Source: Azolla caroliniana
Taxonomy: Eukaryota > Plantae > Polypodiophyta
Length of the DNA: 64,000 nucleotides
Assembly: GCA_043228905.1 (NCBI GenBank)
Contig: JBHGNT010000033.1
Coordinates: 1-64,000 of the forward strand
Reading direction: 5' to 3'
Numbering within the stretch: the stretch's first letter is position 1; each line of letters starts with the position of its first letter. A model generated the notes under the pieces. It worked only from the letters and a program-made list of their open reading frames with translations. It was not told the origin of the DNA and did not search any database. Below, piece after piece: positions 13,217-27,200 of this stretch. The position numbers and the translations under genes were made by a program.

Positions 13217-16200
13217 ATACATTGCAAAGGTATAAAAGCCATCCAAAGACATGGACAAGCTGGCTATGGCTTCTCTGTAGTTATTGTTTGCATATTTCAC
13301 AAGGTTTTCACAATTGTTCACCAAGATGAGCACACGTCTTAAATCATGTTTCCCTTGAGGAGAGGATGTATGGTTGTGATATGCCTGATTTGGAAGGGTT
13401 TGATTATGAAATCCACGCATCCATTTCAAATGACTATAAACAGAGTGTCAGAAAGTCATCACAAATTACCAAAAGCTCAATATAAGTCTGTATGATAACT
13501 TCAACCAGTTGAGAAAATGAACAACTGGTGTTCCTTGATCATTTGGAAGTAAATACTTCTCATGAACTGTTATCTTACTTTTATGTACAGTTAGTGGGGT
13601 CTAAATGTAGCTCTCAAATTTTGTCCATCGGAATATAGATTATTTATCCACTTACAGCTCTTGGTTGCTACTTCGACTTTAGAGTTGGAACCATTACCCT
13701 ACTTGTAGGGCCCTTGAATTTTGTTAGGTTTTGAAAAGTTATCAATGTAGATTAATCAAGCAGACAAACATAGTGAAAGAAATTAGTGGTTTGGAAATAG
13801 AATCTCAATGTTTGCACCATATTTCCTATGGTGATGTAAGGGAAAATTCAATAGGTATCTCACCTTTGGATAATCGGATTGATCAATAAATAGTCACATC
13901 TTCCCATGATGTCCTTTTATCTTGGACATTTGTAATTGTTAATTTTCTTGTTCTAATATGCTGATGATGCTATTTTTTTGGAAAGTAACCTGATGAATAT
14001 GAGTTTTATTGCAAATGCGTATTTTAATAATCAATTTCCTCAGTGAACTATTTTGATATTAATGGAAGTATTTCTCAAAACCTCTCATTCTCTCTCATTA
14101 CCTTGGATGAAGAGGTCTTCAGCTTATTTTTGACTGCCATTTATTGTAAAACTCTTTTGAGTCTGAATGTCAGTATCTTGTGGCTGAAAAGTTAGGACAA
14201 CTTTCTTTTTGCATATTGCATATGAACGAGTATATGATCCTCACTAGTATGAAATTGCTCATGTATGATCACTATGTTTCAATGAACTAAGACGTTTTGC
14301 CATTTAATTTTTGTATACGTTGTATGGTTTAGTAAGTAATTAGCCTAATGTATGGAGTTGATATGTATGTTATATTGATATGTATAATATCATCACCCCA
14401 AATCCCTTAAAATATTTCTTGATGATAGAGCTAGAGTTCCAAATATCAATTTGGTGACTTGGAAGCCTTAGATTGAAACCTTGAGTTCTAAAAACTTTAT
14501 CAAAATATAATTATATGGTTTAGGGTTTAGCTTTAAGAAAATATGATAAATGAGCATTGTAATTATAGACAATTAGTAACTTGGTGTATTGCTTGCTTGG
14601 AACACTTCCATAATATGGTTTCATTTGCTTTTGCGCACTTCTCATAGGTGGCTAAAGCAATTCCCCTAAACTAAAATACATAAGCGAAGGACCCCAAGTA
14701 GATGATGCTAGAGAAATCACACTCCTTAAAGAGGCATCAAATTTTCTTCCACGATCATTGGAGTCATCTTGCAGTTTTGGCCACATCAATGCTTGTTATA
14801 TATGTCACATGATATTATGTAACATATCATGGGATATAATTGCGTTTGTATTCCCACATACATGGTTTTAGGCACCTTGTTATCTCTTGATCACTTAATG
14901 GGATACCTACCAAACACCAAGCCATTAAAAAAATGGTTAACATTTACATATTGATTGATTTATAGATTAATTCGAAAAGGGACCATGAAAATAGATTAAT
15001 CGACTAATTTATTAGAATGATGAACATATGCATATGTCACATGATTCGTTAATTCAATACATTTAACTATGATAGAGGCGAAGAAAACCACTCAATTAAT
15101 TAGATTACAATTAAGGCCCAACTCTTTGTGCTAGATTATGAGGAAAAATTAATATAAATATAGCAAATAGAGATGACATCTAAATAGCTAACAAAGTTAA
15201 ATTCATTAAATCTATTAGTCTCGTTCAAATAGTTATGGAAAGGTATCCATCTTAATTGGGGAAGTCATGAAAAACTTCGTATAAAGATTCATAATTGATC
15301 ACATGCCCATTTCTTCACAATTTCTGGCATGAAAATATTATATTTGACACTCATATTTCCCAACTTAGTCCACTCATGTCAAGTACTTCATGAAATCATG
15401 CTAAGTTTTTTTTATTTAGAAAAAACAAAAAAACAGTACTTCCCATTAGTTAGCAAACAAAGTACATCAAAGTTCAACCATATTCGGCAAAACTCATGCT
15501 TCTCCCCACAAAACTAATCATAATCCCCACCCCCTCATTTACAACAAAAGTATCCCACCGACTCTTTTTACATGGTAACTTACTTGTACCGTTGTAGCTC
15601 TACATATTTACATCTCCTGCCCACTAATGGAAGCCATTGGCGGAAACAACCATCTGGGTGCTTGGTTGTTCCATTTAGACCCTAACGATGATTTGACCTT
15701 CATAGGAGAACCACCCCATTTCAGCAAAAACTTTGACTGAGCGCTTTCTGCTTCATCCGAGTCCCCTTGAATCGAGTCAAATCGTCTGCACAACCAAGAT
15801 ACCAACTCAAACCATATGTTTAGCAAGACCTCATCACTTGGGAGGTTTCACTCGAACCATATGATGGATCAACAAAACAAAACAACCAACACTATATCAA
15901 TCTCACATTATAGAAAGACTAAATATGAAATTTTGTTAAAAACATGTTTAAGTTTGTGTATTAGCTCTTAATGTTCTCAAAAAGTGTACGTCTTCATCTT
16001 GGTTGAGTTATACCTACACATCGAGATCATACGCCAAAGAGTTGAGTTGTTATGTACCCCATTGATGGTGGGTCATACAAGAGAAACTATCAAGCACTCT
16101 CACTTGTGCACCTAGACTTAGTGAAAAGAGTATGACACATAGTTCAACCACACTTTGATTGATGTAGATTACCACCACATATGCAAGATAAAGAAAGAAT

Positions 16201-18242
16201 ATTGTTTGTTTGAAAGAGCACTACACAATAATCACTAGAGAGGGAGAGAGACTAAGGATGAACAAGAATGGGAGGTATGTAATTTTAATTCTAATTATGG
16301 ATGGTGCAAATCTTGAAATGTAGTTGACATTCTAAATTGCTACTTCCAGCAAAGGTCTTCTTGTGGAGAGCCTTTATTGGGCTTGCCTTTGGGATTAGCT
16401 CTAAATCAATGTGGACTAGCGATAGGCATTGCTTCTTCTATACCATTCAAGTGGAATATATTACTTGTTTCACACAAAGTCAATTTGCTTGTTGAATTTG
16501 GAGTTACTTTTCTAAAATCTAGCAAGTTTTGTCATGTTGTTATTTGACGCCAAGATAATGGGTGTTTGCACAATTCACACAAACTAACTTGAAATCAAAG
16601 ATGGATACCATTTTTCTATTTCTGAGATATTGGGGATTGCATCACAATTGCAATATGCACAATGCCTTTGTATTTTATTGTAGATGTGGAGTCAAAACAC
16701 ATCTATGAAAGTTTAAGGGAGTACTAATGTGGTAATTTTCTTTATCGGTGTAAGTAGGAATTCTTTTCTCGTTGGAGTGTTTGTCTTGCCCATTGGCAAT
16801 TATACATCATGCTACCCTCGTAATGATGACCACGTTGAATTGTGGTACCATTGTAGTGTTTCACACACATGAAAAAAATAGAAAGATAGAAGTTTGGAAC
16901 ATCAAGAAGTATAATTAAAAAGGTCTAAAAGTGATCTTCGTAGTTCTTTTGCATAAGCAATGTTTCCTTTTACACTGGGGTGACCCTACGCCTCTAGCTC
17001 TATATTATTTTGTATGTTTGCTTCTTTTGGTTCCACATTTGTGTCCTTAGTACCATTGTTGATTCTTTGTTGGTGTGTGTGGTAGGTACTTACAGTATTT
17101 GAACCCTCTTGGGCAAAGTCTTGTGAATGAGAAATTCATAATATAAATATTTTCCAACATTTAGTAATGAAAACGAGGTTTATGTTGCGAAACATTGAAA
17201 GTTTCATTGATTTTGGTAAAAGCCAATATTCTTCGCAATTATAATGGCTCATAATAATCTATCTTGACAAATAATTGAAATACCTTCTAGTTGAGTTAAT
17301 CATGGTTTTTATAGGATAGACCATTTTTCATCTACATGATTTGAAGATGAAAGCCTAGATTAAAGTTTTTGAACACACCAAGGATTGCAACTTTTATACA
17401 AAAAAAAGATATAAGTAGATTAGATATAGGCAACTGGGTTGGAATGCCAACTCTTCATGTATGAGTCTATGGCATGGTAAAAAAGAATTATAGCAAAACT
17501 CTGGTTCTCGGATTGAGCCCCATGACAAAAGCATCGCATTGCATCATCATGTACAATGGACATATATGTATTTTCAAGTGCCCATAAAGTTTGAGAATAA
17601 AGTAAAAATAGCCGATTGCGATTTAGATAGAGGAACATAGTACATACTGCAAAACTCTTTTAGAGTTAGAAATTAGAATGACCCCCCAGCTCCAGCCCAA
17701 CAGGTCTGAAAAGGGCCGCGGGGGGAGAGAGAGAAAGGGAAGAGAACGCGCGCTCTATTCTATTCTATATAAACAAAACTGTGTTTCATTTATGCAGGTC
17801 CGTTTTCCTTTCCTCAACGAAGGATGTTAGTCTAAGCGTCGAATTTCGAAATCCAGGTATTCTCCCTCCCTCCCTCCCTCTCCCTCCCTCTCTGTTTTTT
17901 TTAAGGGTTTGTGCAGGCAATTCAAAACCTGTTTGAAAAGGGAAAAGGCAGAGTTTTATTTGCAAATATGTAGCTATATCTATACACACAAGAAATTAGG
18001 GGGAGAAGAACAGAAAGAAGTTTGTTTGAAAAGGGGAAGGTCCTACGAGAGAGAGAGAGATTTTGGAAGCCAATTGTCCCATAATTGTGATGATCATAAC
18101 TTGGAGGTTGATACACCAACAGGGCATGTAGTTTAGGGAAAATGATGTATATTGTAACATAAAGTCAGGATTTCAAACCATGAATGTGGTATACCTTATA
18201 GCTTATCACTACCGTAGATATTTTGGAGCCCCATGTGTTTGC

Positions 18243-18867
18243 ATGTGAGAGAGGTAGAGAGAAACTTTTTACCTCTACAAGAAGCAAAAATTGTCCTACA
18301 AGGCAAACCATGCACATATGTGTATGTCCATCCAGGTTCCAGAACAAATGAAGATTACAGGATATAATAGCCAAGGAGATAATAATAGAGACCCTAAATT
18401 ATTAATGGTAACTAGCTGGGGAGAAGGGACCTCTAAAGCATTCCAATTTGCTTGAAGTGGATGTGAGAGAGGTAGAGAGAAATATTTTACCTCTGCAAGC
18501 AGCAAAAATTGTCGTATGAGACAAATCAGATGCACATGTGTGTCTGTCCATCTGGGTTCCAGAACAAACAAGGATTACCGGATATATTGGCAAAGAGAAA
18601 AAAAGTGGAGAGCCTAAAGTTGGCAGTAACTGACTGGAAGGGACCTCTAAAGCATTCCGATTTGCTCAAAGTGGATGTAAGGGAGGCAGAGAGAAACTTT
18701 TTACTTCTAGGAGAAGCGAAAATTGTCCTATGAGACAAATTATGCACATGCCTATGTCCATTCGGGTTCCAGTACAAATGAGGATTACATGATATGATAG
18801 GTCAAAGTTAAAATAATAGAGACCCTAAAGTTAGCAGTAATTGACCAAGGAGAAGGGACCTCTAAAG
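18243..18867. repeat. Three diverged tandem units of about 215 bp
   Basis: Units start at 18243, 18461 and 18675 (ATGTGAGAGAGGTAGAGAGAAA...GGGACCTCTAAAG). Confidence 0.85.
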
Positions 18868-19798
18868 AGATATAAGGGTTTGCTTGATGATGGTCCGTGA
18901 ACCCATCAGGAGATATGATAAGCTCTCCGTGTCATGATAAAGAGATTGCCCCACCAAGTACATTTTCTAGAACTCCATACAAAGGGGTAGCTCAACACTC
19001 TAGTTATCCACTCTCCATTTATGCAAAGTTCAAACGTCAATTCGGGCATATTGACTCTCTGATCAATCGTGCCTGAAAATTGAGAACCACATGTTACACA
19101 CCTCTTCATTTCTGCGATAGTGAACCATCCCTTATGGGCTACAAAAGTTTATACAAAACTGAACATAATCAATATCTATATGTATACTATAATGTGACAA
19201 TATCCCACTATTCTGATGAAAGTAGACTATCTCATGACTGGTGTAAAATTACGAAAACATCATGACCTTGTTCTTAGCAAGGCTCATTGCGAGACCTCAT
19301 GTCTCCCAAAAATAATTAGTTGTTGTTGGAGACTGGGATGTTACAATGGAACTGGAATGAGGCGTTTTTCTCAGATGGTGTGTTTATATTGACATTTGCA
19401 GGATATTCCAATTGCACGTTGGAAATGCTGTGTTGCTATGCTTCTATGATCAGTGGCAAGATAATATTTTAGCCAGTCTCTAATATCATCTTATCATGTA
19501 CCTAGCAAGGGTTCTCATTTTGTGCAGATAGTCAGTCTTAAGTAGATACCTTGCCCATTGTTTGGCATCTATTCATTCTGATTCATAGATTGAGTATTTA
19601 ATGTGGCACTTCCAGGGCAAGTATGAAAAACAGCCAGACAATTTGACTTTCTTGCCTGCTCTTTGACATTGTTTTTTGTGTCATTGCACAGTGTTAGATA
19701 CACACACAAAGGTTTTTTATGCGTGGCCATTGGTTCACTGTAACCACAATTCATCTATTATTCGGTGTTTTCTATGTTACTTTCAGAATTATTCTGAT

Positions 19799-19833
<35 letters not shown>

Positions 19834-19885
19834 ATTTGACCTCCGAAGACGATAATATAATCTATCTATCTATCTCTCTCTCTCT

Positions 19886-20539
19886 ATGCCCAATCACAGA
19901 TTGCCAAAACAGGCTTGGAACAAAGATGGCTGGGTTCTTGACATTATGAAGTGGTTTAAAATTTGGAGAATAAAAGATCTATTGGAGATCTCAAGTGGTG
20001 CAATGAAATATGTGACCATTGAGATTAGATTACTAGAGGCACTAAGTATGAAATGGCAAGTTGCTAAAATGTCAAAATTTGAATATTCCATTGCAAATGT
20101 TGGCCCCAATACAAGGTAAAAATGCCACAACAGATCCAACCACATTTTTTACTACCCCCATGGTCCTCGGCTCTCAAGGAGCCTTAACACTTCTTCTAAT
20201 TCTCTCACACAACCCTAGTTTGAAGATATGCAAAGTATGCAATGAAAACCTAATGGAGGATAAATATCACTTCTCACATGCTCAGCGTGTAAAGTGATTT
20301 GCAAGAAGTACAACGACTTATTAGATGGGCATGATAATCTAAGTGTCGTACACAAATCCCAACCAAGAGGGTGAGCACTAATGTGTGTGCAGCATTTTCA
20401 CATAGAGAATTTTTATTACAAACTAATAACCATCCCCTTCTTAGGAAGGAGCCACATACAAGATGATATGTTTATTGATCCAAAGGTCAAAATTGGCCGC
20501 CTCCTGAACAAAAAAAATCTACTCTATTCTATGCTTTTG

Positions 20540-20545
<6 letters not shown>
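19886..20545 (+). mobile_element. Degenerate 3' fragment of a non-LTR retrotransposon (LINE) homologous to the 61.3-63.2 kb element
   Basis: Translation PNHRLPKQAW...GWVLDIMKWFKIW aligns by eye with PSHRLPRIVW...GWMQDIENWFGRW. It also has a CxxC...EDxxH remnant (CKVCNENLMEDKYH) and is bounded by (CT)n on both sides. Confidence 0.7.
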
Positions 20546-20582
<37 letters not shown>

Positions 20583-20591
20583 ATATACACA

Positions 20592-20633
<42 letters not shown>

Positions 20634-20732
20634 CACATATATATGCGCATATGCATTAGAGAGAGAGAGAGAGAGAGAATTCTATGATTTGGTTAATTCT
20701 ATGGTTTTTCAGCTGGAAGAGTGCATCTGAAG

Positions 20733-21281
20733 ATGCCTGATGGGTATGCCGTTGAGCTATACTTTGATCCTGCCCTCGAGAATCAGGTACTTAAAATCTG
20801 GAACGTCTTGGCAAGGAGACAAATCAGCACGCAACTTATAGAGATTGAAGCACGTCCGCATATCACACTTTTCACAACCTCGACTTTAGAGTCAACCAAG
20901 CTCTATAGTGTCATCAAGAGCTTTGCTGCCAAACAACAAACACTTGCAGTAACACTTTCTGCAGTGGGTAGCTTTGCAGCAGAAGATAACGTGTTATTCC
21001 TTGCTCCTACACCGACAGTCCCGTTGCTTTCTTTACACGAACAATTTTACGATCTTTTAAAGAGGGAAGGTCTAGAGGTAGCTGAATGTTATCAGCCAGG
21101 CGGATGGGTCCCACATTGCACCGTGGCTGCCAATGTTCCAAAAGTGCGTATTGCTGATGCTTTCTCTATATTAAGGGACTTCAAATTGCCACTCACTGGG
21201 CATGTGTATGACATGGGTCTGGTAGAATTTTCTCCTGTTCGTGAGCATTATTCCTTCTCCTTAGGTGCAGAAATCAAATAA
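20733..21281 (+). CDS. 2H phosphoesterase (2'-5' RNA ligase/cyclic phosphodiesterase superfamily), about 182 aa, single coding exon
   Basis: MPDGYAVELYFDPALENQVLKIWNVLARRQISTQLIE matches the conserved plant family. Two HxT motifs (PHITL, PHCTV). A splice acceptor TTTCAG at 20707-20712 implies a 5'UTR intron. Confidence 0.9.
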   Translation: MPDGYAVELYFDPALENQVLKIWNVLARRQISTQLIEIEARPHITLFTTSTLESTKLYSVIKSFAAKQQTLAVTLSAVGSFAAEDNVLFLAPTPTVPLLSLHEQFYDLLKREGLEVAECYQPGGWVPHCTVAANVPKVRIADAFSILRDFKLPLTGHVYDMGLVEFSPVREHYSFSLGAEIK

Positions 21282-22732
21282 GTAGTCTTATTGTAACTTC
21301 TTTTATATTGGATGTGGGTGCTTACTGTGGATATATAAAAAGATTAAATTAAGGTGTCTGCATTTGGCTCTACAGAGGCTCTGAAACAACTAATTGTAAT
21401 GCTAGACATTTACCTTTGACCATGCAAGAATTTATTTTTAAGTGGCGTTCATGTGAATATGAACATTAATTCGGTGAATATATGTTTTGTTTTTGTAGTG
21501 TAAAAGTACTCAGTTCTACAGATATAGAAAAACTGATGGCTGCGTTCATTTAGGTATACACTATCCATTTTATCGGAGAGCAAATCTCATCGTAGTCTTT
21601 GGATTGCTGTTGCATACTCAGCCCCAGTCGCAACTGCTACCATCGTTTTCTTGATCTACCCAATACCCACCCCCATTTTGGGTTCGCATCTAGGATTCAG
21701 AGTTTGCCTCGATTTGGTACTGCTCTCACAGCCTGAAGTTAATATTAGCTTGCACTCTTTCAAGTAAAAGTTGAGCATTGAATGGCTCAAACATAGGTTT
21801 GAAAACTTGAGAAAAATTCATTGCACGCACGTTGGACTCTTGCTAAAGAGAAGAACAATTAATGGATGTTTAGGACATTATGATCATTCAAGCATTTACA
21901 GAACATGTGATAGATGTATTAAAGTCAAGTATATAGATAAATCATATATTCGCATCCCTCTTATAGGTAAATATGGAAAGGAAATAATAAGAGAGTTGAT
22001 AGTTGTACTATTAACTATTGATTGGGAAAACTTCACTCAAGAGATGGATGACATTACTATTGCAACACTGACCAAAATGAGATTCAAATTGGAATAAAAT
22101 GTCTCTACTTCTACAACAATCGCAGTCCTAATTAAACTTCATTCATCATTAAATTGTTTTGAACGTTACAAGAAAGGTAATAAATATTTGTGTAGTCTTT
22201 TGTAGTATACTCTCTATAAAAGAAGGTTTACTTTGCGCATTCTTCCATCAACTTATCATAGATGTCATTAGTATGCACCACTAAGTTCAATTTTTTGCCA
22301 TCAAATAAACAATCTTTCCAATATCATTTGCTACCAAATCTATACTAGGGATCTAAAGGCTAGGCGATGTAGAAAACAACAAAGCCCGAGGCTTCCTACA
22401 TACAAATTTATCCAAGATCATGCACAATATCCAAGTAAAACTTCAAGAGAGTAAGATATCAACAAGTATAGGTTAACCTAAATGATGATGACGAAAACTA
22501 TCAACCAAATCTTCTTCCTGCATTCAATAAGCATATCCTTCCACACTTTAATGTGCACCCTTCATGCCAAGGCAAATAGATGTAACATTTACATTGCTTT
22601 AGTTGTATTTTTAGGGATATATTTTAGGAACAAGAACAAATCATCCACAAGCGTATGAGCTAATCAATTGTTCTATAACAAGAGAATAAGTACAAAAAAT
22701 CCCAATCGCGCCAACTTGTGCATTGTAGAAAG

Positions 22733-22785
<53 letters not shown>

Positions 22786-23458
22786 TTCAACCCTTACCGT
22801 CGACAATGGCATTTAGCAAAATTAAGAAAATATGTATGAAAAAATAGAGAGGTGCGAGACGTTGGATGTAGGAGATGAATTCAATTAACACAATTGCCAC
22901 TAGGGTAAGCTAATTATTATGTGTAAGAATAAACAACAAACCAAAAAAGGACGCCTAAGCCACGCCATTGTGGTTGGTTGTACATGAGATGTGTGAAGGA
23001 AGAGAGAGTTGGGCTTCGGAAGCTTGAGCCTGAAACCCTAGACTCCCTGCGCCCCCTTGTGCTTTCCCACGGACAAAAAGACAAGAGAAGAGGTTTTGGA
23101 ACATCAAAACCCTCCTCCTCCTCCTTTTACTCTTTCTTTAAAGCTTATACATACATACTGATACATGATACATGATACATGATACATGATACAAACAACA
23201 CACAAACGTTGAGTCGCGTGAGGAAAACTAAAAAAACCAACCAAAAAGCAAAAGAAGAAAGAAAGAGAAGTGAAATTAAACCTTTGGTTTTGACTACCGC
23301 ATCATTTGTTTTTAGGGTAAACATTTGGTTAAACTCCTCAACACTGTCTTCATCTTTTCAGGGTTTATTTCACCTTGCATGCACTCTTTCTCATCTTTCC
23401 TTCATTCCTTCTTTCTTTCTCTTACTTTTCCTGTCGCAGAGCAAAGGGTTAGTTATCT

Positions 23459-26400
23459 ATGGCGAAAGATATGTCAGACGCTTCATCGGTGGTGAAAGAA
23501 TCCTCAGCTTGGGTCGCCAGCAATGCCTCCCACGTCTCCATCCGCTATACAGGTCTTTGCTTCATCATATTTCATTCCTGTGATTTTTAATTCATCCAAA
23601 CCGTGAGTTCTAATTATCTCTCCATTAAGAATTTGAAAATCAGTTTTCATTGAGTGAGTGATTTTTGCATGCATGGTCTATAATCATGTTTATCATAATA
23701 ATGAGTTCGCAAGTATATAGGTGCAAATCACGATAAATGATGTTATAGAACAAAATATGTAGGCTATTCTTATTTATGATATATGTATATTGTGTACATA
23801 TTCTATCAAAGAACAAATATAATATATATGTATATATTCCGGTAAATGATTTATCAGGTAACTTATCTTTCGCTTTCTGTTTTTCAGGTCGCCTTTTAAG
23901 AATATTTCGTCTTCTTTAGCTCTCTGTTTTTCATTTAAACTTATTTTTTTATTCAGAGATTGAAAAATTAGTGGAAGAATTGCACACATGCAATGTAACA
24001 ATGGACTTGTGGGATTATGAAGGCATTCATTATTTCGACAATGGGCCCCTCACAGTCCAGTATTTGCTCGTTCTGGATGCATTAAATTTCTGCTTTTGGC
24101 CCGGTAATGTATCCTGGAGATTTCTGGTTTACTTCACTTTCTGATTTTTTACCTTATGTTAATAATGTGTTTGTTTCCCCAAAAAACAGATAACAGAGGA
24201 TAATTACTTTTCTTTGCTTCAAAAACCTTCTAAGCATCAGAATTTTGGTCTAAATGTAATCTCAAAATCCAGGAGTCGAGGGATCGTCTCAAATGAATTC
24301 AAATTCATAGAGAAAGAAAACAGCAGTATTTATTTGTGTATAAACAGTCTAGCAAAAAACAGTATAGAGTAGCTATTCGTAAACAGAGGGCTTAAATCAA
24401 CGATAAACAGTCTGCTCAATAGATATTGGTAGTTAGTCATTCACTGAACGTTTTCTGTCAGTGTATTTTGATGTTTCTTATTTCCATCTTACATTTGGCC
24501 AAGTTTCCTTGAACAAGATTGATATACATATTATTGAGAGGTCTTTTGTTCCTTCCAGTTGATATTTTGAACATAGGTCCGGTGTCCATTGCCAACACTT
24601 TGGACACTTAGTGACATAAGTAAATTTGTGTGGCTCTTTGAGGCATCGCAAGCATAGTCATTTTCATTGTCTATTATAGATACACGATCTTGGCCTCTTA
24701 CACCAACCATCCTCCCCATTATTAATTACAAAAGGAGAAGTTTAGTATGGGAGTTATTACAAACCCCTTATTGATTTAAAAACATCTTTTGAGAGCTAGA
24801 TTTCATTCCCTAAATTTTTCGCTGTTTCGTTTGTGCAGATGCAGATCTTCATTATCATCATTTAGCTGTCGGATTAAGGTCCTGTCTGTTGGCAGACCAG
24901 TCCGCATTAGATGCAGATCGCCTTGAGAACATAAAAGGTTTGTATCATGAAAAGAAGAATCTAAGGATCTTCCTCAAAGTTCATATAAAGGGTTTCTGAT
25001 GTTTGAAACTCCTCAAATCTTACAAGCCAAGGAAGAATCTAAGTTGAGATTTGGCAAGCTTTTGGAATCTTTACCTAAGCTTTTGAGACTTATGTATTAT
25101 CATTTTGTTAAATATCAATCTAAACAGGAGTAGACTTGCAGAAGCTTCTCAGTTGGCCAAGGGAACTTCCTTTACAGGATGAACGTGCTCGCCTTCTCAG
25201 AGAGGTAAAGCATATAGAGGTTTATGAAACTAGTTTATCTTTGGAATTGATTTTTCTCATTGAAAACTATGGTATCTTCGGATTCCCGTCATCTCTGTCA
25301 AGATTTGGCCTTCTTTGAATTCCATTTATACATGACACTATATATAGGTAGGGAAGGAGTTGAACCGTAGTTTTGGTGGCAAAGCATCTAATTTGGTCAC
25401 TGCTGCAAATGGTTCAGCCATCACACTTATGCACATGGTCACAAGCCACTTCCCTGGTGAGTGATTCACCACCTTCCACTACCTAGTTTTGATACAAATC
25501 AAGATACCTTTTATTATTAGCTTAGGATTGGTGAGTACTTTTTATTAATTGGTTTAAGATTGATAGATACCTTCTACTATTTTGTTTGTGATTGGTGGAG
25601 TCCTTTTGATATTATTTTATGATTGGACAAATGTCACTTTCAGTTTATGATTGGATAACCTTCCATTATTGCATGGTTGCTTTATTTTGCTCTATTGCAT
25701 TGCCAGTGCTTATTTCTTGTTTTTACCTGCTTATCAGGTTTTCGTGATCATTGCGTGTACAAAGGCCATCAAGTTTTCCTATACAAGAGGGCACAAATAT
25801 TTGCAGCAGATCTCTGGGGTGCTTTCAAGGGCAAGAGCTTTGGGTGTTTTAATGACATACATAGCATAACTATGTTCGCTGACTATGTTGTACCAGCTAT
25901 CTTAAGGCACCGGGGAATTATATCATATAGTCCATCATTGTCAGATAAAGTGGATAATTGTAAAGAGTTGGAACCAGGTTCAGAAGAGGAAGTTGAAATA
26001 CGAGCATGTACCATAACAGCAGTTGAACAATTGGTGGAGAAGCTAAGTAATAAAGTAGGAAAACAGGTAATGCAAGTTAAATATATTGGGTTCATTAATT
26101 AAACATATTGGTTTTAAAACAGGCAAGGAAAGTCAGTTTTTCATTCAAGTAAAAGAAGTTCTTTTTTGAACAAATGGTTTTGACATGAGGTTTTAAAGGA
26201 GGTTTAGGCAAGTTAATTTTGATGAGTCTTTCTTGTATGAACACAAATACACTGCAGTTTGTAACATCTCATGCACATAACTATAAATTTGGTTTCAAAG
26301 GCACTAGAGTCACTTCCCTTCAAAGCATGTAGTACTAGCAATTGTGGGTTTATTATTTAGCAATGCATAATGATCCTAATCTTGTGATGTGAACTTTCAA

Positions 26401-26521
26401 ACCAATTACTCCATTGCTTTTGCAGATTTTGGCTGTGCAGCTAGACTGGTGGCTTTGGGCAAGTGGCATTTCTCTTCAAGCTCAACTTCCATTTCACAAA
26501 ACAAGAAGTATCTATTATTGA
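23459..26521 (+). CDS. QNG1: Queuosine salvage protein / queuosine 5'-phosphate N-glycosylase (DUF2419), 7 exons: 23459-23552, 23957-24103, 24839-24937, 25128-25204, 25348-25456, 25738-26066, 26426-26521
   Basis: Motifs VLDALNFCFWP, FPGFRD, FLYKRAQIFAADLW, TMFADYVVP, EEVEIRA, LDWWLW and the C-terminal FHKTRSIYY*. All introns are GT-AG with consistent phases. Confidence 0.93.
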
Positions 26522-27200
26522 TTGTTAAAGTGCGACAGGAATGGCCAACCTATTTTTTGGTAGATCATGTTGATAAAAAAATGTGATGAGGTTCGTGATC
26601 AGGCACCTATATATATTGAACGGAAAGGATACATACTCTCTCCTTACTGCGTGCGTGGCCACATGAACCTGATTGTTTACAAATTTTGTGTAGAAAGTAT
26701 GTACTGCTTGAACATGTGACCACTTCGTAATTTTTTGTTTAGAAAAGTTACACTGGTATATTTGCACTTTCCATCATACCCAATGTAAGAATTGTAGTTT
26801 GAAGGCTCGAGCAATTGAATTAATGAAGTGGTGCTCGAGCAATCCAAATATGGATGTTAATATTGTGAAGGCCTTAAGCACATAATCATGGATGTAAAAC
26901 AAAAGAGCAGCATCTTATTTTATTTTAGGTCAAGATTTATAAAAATCAGGATATGTAATCAAGTTGATATATAACCATAATTCTGAAATACAAACAAGTG
27001 CGCTGCAATTATCACCCCATGTTTTTGCTCATCCTCTACTTTGCTATCTCTATTATAATAGACGCTTCTATAGACTTGCAAAAAATATGGGTTCTCTCCA
27101 TGACCATAAGTTTAGTTATTTAATGAAAATTTAATATGGAACTCAAGTTATCCATCAATATGCGAAATTGGACAAAGTTTTCCAAAACGTCTGTGAATAT

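Noticed and set aside
15540-17000. Possible gene or transposon ORF remnants
   Set aside because: The frames are fragmented and I could not recognise any motif. Probably old TE debris, but this cannot be supported.
18243-18867. Repeat array as a CRISPR-like locus
   Set aside because: The units are about 215 bp, similar along their whole length, with no unique spacers and no cas genes. The context is eukaryotic.
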